A stretch of DNA of 64,000 bases from Podarcis muralis (Eukaryota), in NCBI RefSeq assembly GCF_964188315.1, contig NC_135668.1:55056001-55120000 (forward strand). Reading direction: 5' to 3'. The notes beneath the pieces are model-generated. The model saw nothing but the letters and a program-made list of their open reading frames with translations, had not been told where the DNA came from and made no database searches. Numbering within the stretch: the stretch's first letter is position 1; each line of letters opens with the position of its first letter. A program made the position numbers and the translations under genes. Below are positions 48,958-60,222 of this stretch, in pieces.

Positions 48958-49370
48958 ATCATAGAATCATAGAGTTGGAAGAGACCACAAGGGCCATCGA
49001 GTCCAACCCCCTGCCAAGCAGGAAACACCATCACAGCACTCCTGACATATGGTTGTCAAGCCTCTGCTTAAAGACCTCCAAAGAAGGAGACTCCACCACA
49101 CTCCTTGGCAGCAAATTCCACTGTCGAACAGCTCTTACTGTCAGGAAGTTCTTCCTAATGTTTAGGTGGAATCTTCTTTCTTGTAGTTTGGATCCATTGC
49201 TCCGTGTCCGCTTCTCTGGAGCAGCAGAAAACAACCTTTCTCCCTCCTCTATATGACATCCTTTTATATATTTGAACATGGCTATCATATCACCCCTCAA
49301 CCTCCTCTTCTCCAGGCTAAACATGCCCAGCTCCCTTAGCCGTTCCTCATAAGGCATCGTTTCCAGGCCT
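48958..49370 (-). mobile_element. CR1 LINE 3' fragment
   Basis: PYEERLRELGMFSLEKRRLRGDMI...VESPSLEVFKQRLD plus ATTCTATG-type tail. Confidence 0.92.
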
Positions 49371-49657
49371 TTTGGCTGGCCCTTGTGCTCTATGTGGATC
49401 AGATTCCCTGGAGCCTGACATGCAGTGGCTCCTCTCCCTCTGGAGGTGCTGAGCTGTGGCAGGGCTTTGCTTGCTAGAAGGGGAGGTAACGAGTTGGAAG
49501 GGCCCCCCCCCCACGGTCATCTGGGCCAACCCCCTGCAATGCTGGAAAATCCCTAAAAGGGACAAGCAACCCTAGCAAGAAAGAGCCAAGAGGAGCTGGG
49601 CTCTGGCTGGCAGCCAGGAGGAAGAAGGGTCTGAGGAACTGCAGAGCTTCCTCTCAC

Positions 49658-49774
49658 CTGGCTCGTATACTCCATCACCAGCTCCAGGCTCTGCACCAGG
49701 ATGAATTGTGCCAGCTCCGCCCCATCCAGTCCTAGCTCTTCATCCACCAGGAAGTCTTCCCGGGACTCATCATG
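49658..49774 (-). CDS. PDIA2: PDIA2 exon 5
   Basis: HDESREDFLVDEELGLDGAELAQFILVQSLELVMEYTSQ, 117 nt. Confidence 0.92.
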
Positions 49775-50505
49775 CTGCAAGCGAATGAATGAATGGATTA
49801 ATGAATGAATGAATCTTTCTTTGCATCAGCCATCAGCCATAAAAATAAAGCAAACAAAATTGTGGTATACAGAGGATAAAGGTAAAAAGTCAATTATGTA
49901 AAAAACATTTTGGGGGTTTGGGTCAATGGTCAAATAAGGGATCTTATTCTAATTGCCCCGGTGAAAAACCTTGCAACCTTTGCTGTCACCTGCTCATCTT
50001 GATCTGCCAAGAGAAAGGACACTGTAGCAGTGGTTGGGCAACCCAGAATGGACAATAATAGAAGGATGATAGCCCAGCTACTCACACTGGGTTTTAGAAA
50101 AGTGAACAACTTAATTAGGCAGTGCTTAAAATGATATCGAGCAACAGAATAATCTGGCCACAATAAGGAAATTTTGGGCATGGTATGACTATTTCCCACC
50201 CAGTCGTCTTGACTCTCTGGCACCCTGTTTGCATAACTTAATAATTCAAAAATATAGGCACACTTATACTCTTGCAAGATTGAATATACTGCCTTCAGCT
50301 GTACTTGAGAGATGTTTCCAAAAAATTCCACTCAAGAAACGGTTATGTGACAGAGTCTGTCTGGGCAGATCCAGGGAGCACCATCTAAATCTCAGCAGCT
50401 GCACCAGTCACAGAAAGATACGCCTCCCCTCTAAATGCCCCCCCCCCCCGTCTTTTAACCAACCCTGCTAAGCTCCTGGAAGTGCCCGCCTGGCCCAGCT
50501 CTCAC

Positions 50506-50646
50506 CTTCCGGAAGAGAGAGACGGTGCCAGGGTGGGTCACGTTGAACTTCTCAAAGAGCTCCGAGCAGTTGGTGAGTGCGAAGGCAACGTCCGGAGCAT
50601 CGCTGGCCACATCGTAGAAGAGGCGCACGTCTTCATCCTGCAGGTC
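50506..50646 (-). CDS. PDIA2: PDIA2 exon 4
   Basis: DLQDEDVRLFYDVASD...TVSLFRK, 141 nt. Confidence 0.92.
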
Positions 50647-50999
50647 CTGCAAGGAATGCGTGGCGGCTGAGCCGGGCACAGGATGCCAGGAGCAGCACGC
50701 ACAGGATATCCGAGGCCTGCGCTCCATTTGTGGAGAGGAAAGAGAGTCTCGTTCTGGGAGACCTGCTTCCCCCGGCAGGGCCTTGGGTGCGGGGAAGCTA
50801 CCCTAAGACAGCAACTCCCTGGGGGCTCCCCAGCTGGGGCCCAAATGTCCCCTGGAATGTGCCAGAGGCTGACCCTCACATTTCCTCCCTTTCCCAGCTG
50901 CAGGGAGCAGGCAGCTGGCTGCACCACCAGGAAACAGCAGCTCAGGGGTAGCAGCTTGGCTTGGCTGCAGGAGTGCAGAGGCGCAAGTGGGGCACTCAC

Positions 51000-51133
51000 A
51001 GGGAAGAATCCGACCACCGCCACCATGTTGGCATCCAGGAAAGCAGCCGCCTGGCTGGCATTCTCCAGCAGCACCGCACTGGGCCCAGCTTTCCGTTTCA
51101 GCCACTTCACGATTCCCTCTGCGTCTCGCTGGC
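51000..51133 (-). CDS. PDIA2: PDIA2 exon 3
   Basis: QRDAEGIVKWLKRKAGPSAVLL...VVGFFP, 134 nt. Confidence 0.93.
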
Positions 51134-52085
51134 CTGGCAAACGGGCGGCAAAAGTGTGAGTTGTGGGGCAGCACCACCTGCTTGACCAGGCACTGTGTTA
51201 TGAAGGGAGAGCGGCGAATGGCACCACTCCTCTCGCAGGGGCTCATGGCGGCTGAGGTTCAGATGAGAATAAGCCCCTGATGTGATGCAAATGCAATCCC
51301 GGGAAATCTAGGCGAGGAGCTGCAAGCGAAGAGCTTTCTTGCTCCCTCTGAGGTGAAGCCCTCATGTCAGGGAATGGTCTGGATCTGAAGATTGGGGAAT
51401 GCAGTCTCAGGCAGATCAGCTCCTCTCAAGAGGAAGGGGGATATCCCCCCCCCCCACCAAACTCCAGCATTTCCAGAAGCAGAGAGAGAGAGGCAGAAAC
51501 AAACGTAGAAGCTGAACAGGTTAGGGAGGAGTTACCCAGCTATGAGATAATGACAAGCGATCCGGAAGGGAGCGGTCAGCTGGAAGATACATCAATTGAA
51601 AGTGGGGGAGAGACCCCCCTCCCCTTGGACTCAGAGCTCTGAACGTATCGGAGAACAAAGGAGACTGAGAGGGGGAGGGACTTCCCATTGGCGCACTCCT
51701 TGCTGCAGAAGTTGGAAGTCAGATTCAGAATAGGCAACTGATCTCCTTGCAGAGGGTTGTCTGTGTGTGCAACACGACGTTGTAATAAAGGACTAGAAAT
51801 CTATCAACTGCTCATTAATTCTTATCTGTGAGCTACTGGAGGAAGAGGGGAACTCCCTCGCTTGACACCTCATGCCCAAAGAGCCACAGGATAAGAACCA
51901 AGGGAGACCCCGGCTGCTGCTGGATCAGGCCCATCTAGTCCAGCATCTTGTTCTCAAAGGGGCCAGCCGGATGCTCCCAAAGGGACCCAAGGGCCGCACC
52001 AATGGGTATTCAGAGCCACCCTGCCTCCGACAGGGGAGGTCCAGGGCGGCTGAGAACGCCCCGCAAAACCACTGCCTCTTCTGAC

Positions 52086-52292
52086 CTGTGAAGTCCGCCG
52101 GGTGAGTGCGGTTGCCGTCTCTGAACAGCTTGAGGACGGGGAAGCCGCTGACTCCAAACTCTGCGCTCAGCTCCTTCTCCTGCTCCCCGTCCACCTTGGC
52201 CAGGCGCAGCGCAGAGCCCTCCTCCTTCAGCAGGGCGGCGGCCTTGGCGTACTCCGGGGCCAGGGCCTGGCAGTGACTGCTCCAGGGGGCAT
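52086..52292 (-). CDS. PDIA2: PDIA2 exon 2 (a domain, site WSSHC)
   Basis: [22 protein letters not shown]...LAKVD...[19 protein letters not shown], 207 nt; the GNRTHP motif is typical of PDIA2. Confidence 0.94.
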
Positions 52293-53004
52293 CTGGGAGG
52301 GAAAAGGAGGAGGGGTGAAGCGTCAACCCCACAGGCAACCAAAAGCAGTGCGGAGGTGTGTAAGGACATCTGAGGAGCCTGCTGGATCGGGTCCAGCATC
52401 CTGTTCTCACAGTGGCCAGCCAGAAGCCCCACAGGGAAGCCCACAAGCAAGACCTGGGTGCGAGAGCTACTCTTCCCTCCTGCGCTTTCCAGCAACTGGC
52501 CTTGGGAAGAATTTGCTGTCTCTGAGTGTGGGGCCAGGGCAACCCCACTGTGGTGGTGATGGGGGGGGTGTACATGCACACCAGTGGGTCTCAGGGGCCA
52601 CAGGCACAGCAGGAGAGTGTGGTTCTGTAGGCTGCCCTTCCTCCTGCCCCGTGGGTCTGGCAGGCCATGTTTGCTCTCCCAATAGGCCGCTGATAGCTGC
52701 TTTTGCTTAATCTCATCTCCTTCATCTCTTTTTCGCCTTCCAGCGCATAGAACAGGTTTGCTCCAACAGAAGCAGCTCTGTGGTGCCACAGGAGGACACG
52801 GCTGGGGTGGGGTGGGGGGCTGGAAGGTGAGGCGGGAGCTACAAGAAGGGTAATAATAATATAATGATAATTTTTTTTATATACCCTGCCCTCCCCAGCC
52901 AGGGCCAGGCTCAGGATGGCTAACACCAAATATAAATTACAACAAAACGTAATGGGGGGGAAAGTTAATTAAAATACTGCTTAAAATGCAGTCTCATCTT
53001 AGTA

Positions 53005-53363
53005 AGGTAAAGGTAAAGGTACCCCTGCCTGTACGGGCCAGTCTTGCCAGACTCTAGGGTTGTGCGCTCATCTCACTCTATAGGCCGGGAGCCAGCGCTG
53101 TCCGCAGACACTTCCGGGTCACGTGGCCAGCATGACATCGCTGCTCTGGCGAGCCAGCGCAGCACACGGAACGCCGTTTACCTTCCTGCTGGTAAGCGGT
53201 CCCTATTTATCTACTTGCACCCGGGGTGCTTTCGAACTGCTAGGTTGGCAGGCGCTGGGACCGAACGACAGGAGCGCACCCCGCCGCGGGGATTCGAACT
53301 GCCGACCATGCGATCGGCAAGTCCTAGGCACTGAGGTTTTACCCACAGCGCCACCCGCGTCCC
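53005..53363 (-). mobile_element. Sauria SINE
   Basis: Full length, CpG-rich, 12-bp TSD CTCATCTTAGTA (52993-53004 and 53364-53375). Confidence 0.93.
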
Positions 53364-53470
53364 CTCATCTTAGTAGCAGCCCATAAATCAAGACCATAAA
53401 GGGAGGAAACATCAGATATTCAACCATGCTGGTCCTACATGGGCCAGCAAAAAAGCCAAGGGGGAAATTA

Positions 53471-53723
53471 CTGTATTTTTTGCTCTATAAGACTCACTTT
53501 CTCCCTCCTAAAAAGTAAGGGGAAATGTGTGTGTGCATCTTATGGAGCGAATGCAGGCTGCGCAGCTATCCCAGAAGCCAGAACAGCAAGAGGGATTGCT
53601 GCTTTCGCTGCGCAGAGATCCCTCTTGCTGTTCTGGCTTCTGAGATTCATTTTTTTTGTTTTCCTCCTCCAAAAACTAGGTGCGTCGTGTGGTCTGGTGC
53701 GTCTTATAAAGTGAAAAATACGG
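53471..53723. mobile_element. Tc1/mariner MITE with internal 25-bp perfect hairpin
   Basis: TA|ctgtattttttgctctataagac ... gtcttataaagtgaaaaatacgg|TA; arms 53572-53596 and 53618-53642. Confidence 0.88.
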
Positions 53724-54111
53724 TATGTACCAAATCCCATATAAGGGGTCAGAGTGAGTCTAAGCCCGAAGGCCAGGTGGAACAGCTCCATCTTGCAGGC
53801 CCTGCGGAAAGATGTCAAATCCCGCAGGGCCCTGGTCTCTTGGGACAGAACGTTCCATCAAGTTGGGGCCAGTGCTGAAAAGGCCCTGGCCCTAGTTGAG
53901 AGGGTACCCTTGCCGGAGGGGATGTCCCTTAACAGGGTCCGCTGTGCCCCCTCCCCTAAGCAACCAAGCAGCCACCCTCTGAAGGGGGCGCTCCAGTTTG
54001 CCCCACCTGCCCCCTCCCAGCGCCTGCTGCTTTTTGCCTGGGGGTGCAGGCCAGGGGAGTCCCTGGTGGTGCCCCGTTCAAGCTCTCCCCCCTGCAGCAG
54101 CTGCTACTCAC

Positions 54112-54301
54112 AGAACTCCACCAGGAGCAGCTTGTGCTTCCGCAGGGCTTGGGCAAAGTTGCTCTGGTTGAGCACCAAGACCCCCTGGTCCTCCTCTTCC
54201 TCCTCTTCCTCTGCCTGGTTCCTGCTCTCCTGGGCCCCCAAACGATGCACTAAGGCCACTGCCAGCCCCAGTGCCAGCAGGAGTCTCGGGAGGCAGCCCA
54301 T
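54112..54301 (-). CDS. PDIA2: PDIA2 exon 1 (signal peptide)
   Basis: MGCLPRLLLALGLAVALVHRLGAQ...EEEEEEEDQGVLVLNQSNFAQALRKHKLLLVEF; spliced CDS 1584 nt = 527 aa; tail-to-tail with AXIN1 as in human. Confidence 0.92.
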
Positions 54302-54395
54302 AGCGGCCTGGAGAAGAGAGAGAGGCAGAGTGCCGGAGCCAGGAGATGCCAGGCAGGGAAGGGGGCAGATAAAGCTCCCGGGGCAAGCCTTTCCG

Positions 54396-54425
54396 TGACG
54401 TGGAGCCAGAGTTTGCCCCACGTGG
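54396..54425. promoter_or_regulatory. PDIA2 proximal UPRE/G-box-like motifs
   Basis: TGACGTGG 54396-54403 and CCACGTGG 54418-54425, about 100 nt upstream of the ATG. Confidence 0.45.
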
Positions 54426-55379
54426 CCCTTCCCCACTGGCTGCCCGATAAGAGCTGCTGGGGAGGGGGTGCTGAACCCAAGGCAAACGGCTCTGGAAGCT
54501 CTGCAAACACTATCTTGGAAGTCAAGATAACCCCACAATTAATAGTAGCAATGAATGCATTTATACTCACTTGCTTTGATGTGAGCTAATTGACGGCATC
54601 AGTGCTTTTTTTCTGGGGGTATTCAAGGGGACACAGCACTGGTAGAAAAGCACCCAATCTCCAAGCAGGGCGAGATTGCAGGGGTTCCAGACTGGGGTCC
54701 CTTGGAATGAGGGACAGCAGAGACTGTGGTGTTTTTAGGATCTATGGTTTATTTACACGTCTACAGCCTGAGCCAAAGATGGAGGATCTTGCAGCATCGA
54801 CACCCCAAAAGGCCTTTCTTCTCTCACAGTGACAGCCTTGGAATCGCCCATCAATCAAGCATGGCGCTGTCTCTCTGGCTTCTCAGCCTGCAGCCTCCGC
54901 TCAGCTCTCACCCAGCCAGGCTGGCCATCTTCCTTCCACATCCCAGCCAGGAGAGGCACCCGCAGGTAGTCATTGCCCTGGCAATCCAGCTCCTTATTTT
55001 CGGACGCTGATGGTCCTTGGTGTGAATTTCCCGGACATACCCAGAATACTGCAGTGGGAAGCCCCCCCCCCAAATAATAATAATACAACAACAATAAGAA
55101 ATAGCAGGCCATCTAGAGAAGGCCTCTCCTTGGCCAGACCTCCTGGGCTGCGGTTGTGCTCAGCAACCCAGAGGGGGCTTCCCAGGGAGTGTTGGCCAGA
55201 CCCAAGCAGGAGCAGCGGCCGCACATGGGGGTCTTGTGTGGGGTCCTGCCCAGCTTCCCCTTGATCTTCCTCACTTGGTCCTGGCCGGACGCAGCGCCAT
55301 TCCATGGAATGCCCGCCCTCCTCCAGGCATTGTTTGAATTCCACCCCAACGGCTGCTGCCCACGCAGAGTGGCACTGCC

Positions 55380-55392
55380 ATGGGGCTCAGCG
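55380..55392 (+). CDS. EHMT-like gene, putative first coding exon
   Basis: gccATGG Kozak, upstream in-frame TGA, MGLS + G|gtgagg; phase-compatible with the next exon. Confidence 0.55.
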
Positions 55393-55769
55393 GTGAGGCA
55401 GGTTTGGTGGGGAGGGGTTGGAAATGGGAATCTTGGCACAGAGTGGGGGGCTTATTCTCTGGGCGGGGGGAGCAAAGGAAACTGAGGAACATAGTGAGCG
55501 CCCTCCAAGAAGTGTGTGTGTCTCAATTGCTCACCCCCCAATGTAGGAGCCAACTCCTATTGGCTGAAGTCCCTTTGGCCTCCCCAATAACATGTTTGAG
55601 GGGGCCAGACCCCTCCCCAAAGTTGATTGCCATTCAAATAGTGCACATGCACTGCTTCTTGTGATTGATTATATGGGATGGGGCTTATCCCCACCCCCAT
55701 ATTTTATTCAGCTTTGCACCCCAGCCAGCATCAAGCTAACTGCATGTTGTATTAACCTTTTCCCCACAG

Positions 55770-55813
55770 AGAGTAGAGGTTTGGGGCCTGGCGAAGCCCC
55801 CTCTGAAAGACAG
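55770..55813 (+). CDS. EHMT-like gene exon 2
   Basis: ttttccccacag| ... CAG|gtaagg, 44 nt, ESRGLGPGEAPSERQ. Confidence 0.65.
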
Positions 55814-56136
55814 GTAAGGAATGCTTCTGGGCAGAGACCCCCTTGGGGTGCTTGCTGACGTACCTGATGGGGGGACTGGCTTCTTTCCTCCCTCCCTCCC
55901 TCCCCACATTGCTGAGCAAGAGGGGAGCCTCCATCTCCCTGACCCTTGGCCGTCTGCTCCATTGCCCAGCAAAGCAGATTCTCCAGGTCTCTGGCCTTGA
56001 CCCTCTGTGAGGAGGAGAAGGGGGTCCCGCAGACTCCCTTGGGCTGGGCCACTCTCAGCCAGGACGACCCGTTTGTGGGGAGGGCCAGGGCAGGGGGGCA
56101 GAGGCTGCTTGGAGGCCAGTTGCTTCCTGCCTGCAG

Positions 56137-56256
56137 GTGGACGAGGAGGATGAGGCGGTGGCCGCAGACCCCCTTTTGCACATGGAGGCCAGGAAGGGCC
56201 ACTGTGACACAGCCCGCCAGCTCCTTGCCCAGGACCCAGAGGCCCTCAACAGCCAG
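56137..56256 (+). CDS. EHMT-like gene exon 3 (ankyrin repeat)
   Basis: VDEEDEAVAADPLLHMEARKGHCDTARQLLAQDPEALNSQ|gtaggc. Confidence 0.8.
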
Positions 56257-56453
56257 GTAGGCCAGCCAGCGGCGGCAGAGGATGGCTTGGAGGGCCCCCT
56301 GCCCCACAGGCTGTGGTGGACCCCCTTCCCTTGGTGGGAGGGCTGGGATGTGCCTGCGATGGGGGGAGATGACTCCTTGCCCCCCTCCAAGGCCCCTCAC
56401 CTGGACAAGGCCCACCCCACAGCTGTTCTCTTGGCTTCCCCCTCACTCTCCAG

Positions 56454-56558
56454 GACGCCAGTGGCCGGACGCCCCTTTTCTGGGCCACGGAGTACAGACA
56501 CGAGAGCCTGGTGGAGCTCCTGCTGGCCCACGGAGCAGACCCAGCTGTGCGGGATCAC
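56454..56558 (+). CDS. EHMT-like gene exon 4 (ankyrin repeat)
   Basis: DASGRTPLFWATEYRHESLVELLLAHGADPAVRDH, aligns with GLP DDGGWTPMIWATEYKH. Confidence 0.88.
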
Positions 56559-56829
56559 GTGAGGAATTCGCCCTCCGATTGCGCTGCGAGGCTGGATCCC
56601 TGGGGGGGGGGGGAAGAATGAATTGGGGTGGGGGTATTCACTCCCTATTGCCCACCCAGACAGAAGACCAGTTGGGAGCAGTGATGGACCTGCAATTTGG
56701 GGCCCCTGAAGCTTAATATGTTATGGAAGCCCCTTCGCAACCTGTTAGAAGGTCTGTTAGAAGGGAGGGGGGCATAGCAGGGCAGCCAACTTTCCCCTTC
56801 CTTCCTCCCTTACAACATCTGTGCTACTT

Positions 56830-57300
56830 ACTCTATTTTTTATATTTTTAAATTAATTTTCAACATTACTTTCAACAATAATTAAACATATTTTGAACAT
56901 CTTATATATTTAAATTTTTTTGGACTTCCATCAATCTCATCTGGAAATTTTCCAACCTAATCACTAAATATACATTTCTCACTTCTGCAATTACTTTTGA
57001 CTCATAACTAACATCACTATTCTTTCTCTAATCTGCAATGCTTCATACATTTCTCCTTACAAAACTTCTTGTGGTCCTACTAGCGTAATTTGTTGATTAC
57101 AGTTGCTCTTCAAATAATTCATATACTTCTTCCAATCTGCTGTAAATCTCTGGTCCCGCAGGTTTCGAATCCTTCCTGTCATTTTATCTAATTCTGCATA
57201 ATCCATTAATTTTGTCTGCCAGTCTTCTTTCGTCGGAACTGTGCTCCTTACTCTCAAACTTTGTGTGGGTTGATATATACACAACAAAATATTAATCAAT
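56830..57300 (-). mobile_element. L1/Tx1-type LINE 3' fragment
   Basis: PTKEDWQTKLMDYAELDKMTGRIRN...VL* followed by an A/T-rich 3' UTR. Confidence 0.65.
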
Positions 57301-58161
57301 TTGAGTCAAAGCAATTGGCCTCCATCATGTGGCTCAAATGGGGTCCCCCAAATTAAGCCATGTGGACTAAAGTGGCTTCTGGGGCCCCTCCGGCCCAGAA
57401 GCTGAAGCTTTGTTCCTTTCTTAGTAGATCTGCCCCAGTTGGTAGGAAGAGGGCAGAGCTGAGCGGGGAATCTCCAAAGTGGGCTGGGCTGCCAGTGTGG
57501 ACAAGCAGCTCTCACAGGCACACATTCCCTGCTGGCATACTGCCACGCGATGCCACGGCACTGGCAGGGGTGGAGGAAGGAGTGGGGGTGGGCCGCCCCT
57601 GGTGTCACCACTGAAGGGGGTGACAAAAAGCCAGGTGGCACTCACCCAAATGGTCCGCCCGCTGCCTCTCCCTCAGCTGTAGGGCGGCTAAGAGGAGGCA
57701 GGCAGACTCCTTGGAGGCCCCGTGGAGCGTACTGCCCCAGCTGGCCCCGCTCCTGGGCACATGGCAGGCGTGCCTCCCCAGTCGCTTGATCGGCTTGCTC
57801 TGCCCCTGGGCACTGGAGGGGGTGGGCTCTGCCAGCCAGCGAGGAAGCTGGAGGCACCTTGTGGGGCTGACCAAGGAGAGGCTGTGTGTGACTGTGTCTT
57901 GCAACCAGAGGCAGGCAGGGAGGCTGCAAGGGAGGGCTGCTGCTCACTTGTGCCAGGCGCAGGTCCTCCTACCTGGAGGATCCTGGGGGCAGCAGGCCGT
58001 GGGGGCCTTGGGGTGCACAGACTGCTCCCCTGTGGAGAAAGGCAGCAAGCCTTGCAGAGTCACACAACCCCTCGAGGGTGGCCTGGGAGGTGCTTGGCCG
58101 AGGGCTCCCCCAGCTCAGCTCACCCCATTCTCTCTGCTGCCCACCCCCCTTCCCTCCTTAG

Positions 58162-58316
58162 GAAGGGAACCTCTGTCTGCACTGGGCGGTATATGTCGGC
58201 AGCCCCTCCATCGCCAGAATGCTGCTGGATGCCGGCTCCGATGTGGATGCGCTGAATGGCCAAGGCGACTCTCCCCTGCACCTGGCGGCCCAGGAGAGGC
58301 GCTACGAATGTCTCGT
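58162..58316 (+). CDS. EHMT-like gene exon 5 (ankyrin repeats)
   Basis: EGNLCLHWAVYVGSPSIARMLL...GDSPLHLAAQERRYECLV, aligns with G9a EENICLHWA...GDTPLHIAARE. Confidence 0.9.
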
Positions 58317-59408
58317 GTGAGTGCCGCCCACCCATGTGGGAATGTTGTGGACAGTGGGAGAGGATATATTAATTAAATATTATCCTTCCTCACTCATGCT
58401 AGTACATTCCCCTGTGTATTGCAAGAAGCTTGTAGATTCATTAGAATCTCTTGAGTTAAGCAATCCAGTCTGGCTTCTCCAGATTGGGTTTGTTCCTGCT
58501 AAATTCCCTTTTAATTCCCTCTTAAAAAGAATAAAGACACAACAGTCTTCTCTTAAAAGTAAGAAGTTTACTTACATTCAGTTCACAGTATGATCCTGAA
58601 GGCAGCCTTTAGCTTGTAGTTACAGAAGAGAGTGTGAGTTTATCCCATATGGGGATTGAGCCCATGCGCTGCTGGCTGAGAGCCAGCAGACAGCAAAAGA
58701 CATCAAGAGAGCAGCATCAAGAGAAGCGTCAAGAGAGAGGGAGAGGGAAGATGGCTGCATGAACAGTCCTTTTACGGGGTCTCCCAGGGTCACGCCCATC
58801 TACCTGGTCACACGCAGGGGGAGGATGCTCCAGAAAGGTGTGACAGGAAGTCCTCCTGGCACTGGAGTAACACCCCCTTGTGTGTCCACTCTGGGCAAAC
58901 AGGAAATGTTGTATTTGACTGCTACATCCCACAGCCCAGTGGCCCCAGCCAGGCCCAGAGCTTGGCTGCGGAGGAGAAGCAGCCATCGCCCAGAAGCTCC
59001 CTTGCGCCCTTGGCAAGGAGATGAGAGGTCAGCACCCGCCTCTCCCTTGGCCTGGCTGTGCAGGGTGGGATAGTCAAAGAGCAGTATAGGCCAGACGCCC
59101 ACTCTTTGCTAGGCTGGCACATGAGAGGCGCTGAAGCTCTAGTCTGCCAGAGAGGACTCTGCAGTGAGAGATGCTCCCGCTGTGCCCTGAGAGCGAGGGG
59201 GCCCAGCTCTGTATCTCCTCCAACCTGCCTGGGCTCATCCTCTCTTCTTCGTCACTTTCCACCCAGCCAACTGTGAGAGCATCTGCCTTAAAGCAGCCGG
59301 GATTCCTCCATCAAAAAGGCTCAAACCAGCTTCCCTTTGAAGCTGCAAAGGAATGACACCCTGCTGAACTCACAAACCTGAGGAAGGAAGGATAATATCT
59401 AGCAAATA

Positions 59409-59845
59409 CCGTATTGGCCCGAATATAAGCCGCACCTTTAAAATTGGGGGGGGGGGGGAGAGAAAGACAATACCTGAATATAACCCGCTCCCTTAAAATT
59501 CTGCAGGCACTCACACCTGTAAATGGCAGATGTAGAATAAAATCCTGTGGGTACTAGAGAGGACCCGCCAGTGGGTTAAACACTTGTTCATAGCACCGTA
59601 AATGCAAATAAAAAACCAATACTGCACTGTAAAATTCGGGGAAAGCTATGAATGACATTAGAATTGATTGCACAACAGTCTCAAGCTTGCAAATCGGCAA
59701 GAAAACATTTTGACCGCATGTCTGTTTCAGCAGCTATATCGTAAAAGTCAATCTTTGTAAGGTCGCGAATTTAAGCCGCACTTATAACTTTTCACGGTTG
59801 GAATTTGGCAAAAAGAAAGTGCATCTTATATTCAGGCCAATACCG
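59409..59845. mobile_element. Tc1/mariner MITE
   Basis: TA|ccgtattggcccgaatataag ... cttatattcaggccaataccg|TA. Confidence 0.8.
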
Positions 59846-60222
59846 TATATCCTCTCCCAGCATCTATTCTTACCCCAACAGAGAGCAAGCTCCTAGCCAC
59901 TCTGAGCCAGATGGGAAGGATGTGGGGGTCAACCTAACTGACCCCCAGGGAGTCAGGAGTTGCAACGGGAGAGGAGGGAGGTCTGGGGGGAAGCCTGGCT
60001 AGAGGAGAAGGCAGCAGGAAGCTTCCACTGGGAGGGGGGCTGTTTGAGTGGATGGAGAGCAAAGGAAACCGCCCCCCAGAGGTTCTCCCCGGGGCTCCTC
60101 TCTGGGTAGGTGGGGCTGCCACAGCCCTTCTTAGTCCTTCCTTGGTGCTCCAGCTTCTGACTGGAGGACCTGGGGGCTCCCCCCCCCCAGGGTGCTCAGC
60201 TGCCCCTCTTTGCGTCCCACAG

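Larger units (their letters stand above)
52850..53900 (-). mobile_element. L2-type LINE 3' fragment interrupted by a SINE and a MITE
   Basis: Pieces at about 52850-53004, 53364-53415 and 53735-53900 match 32085-32535. Confidence 0.65.

Noticed and set aside
44150-54301. PDIA2 as a pseudogene, or as PDILT
   Set aside because: All exons splice in frame with canonical sites, a signal peptide and RDEL; the GNRTHP motif and tail-to-tail position with AXIN1 indicate PDIA2.
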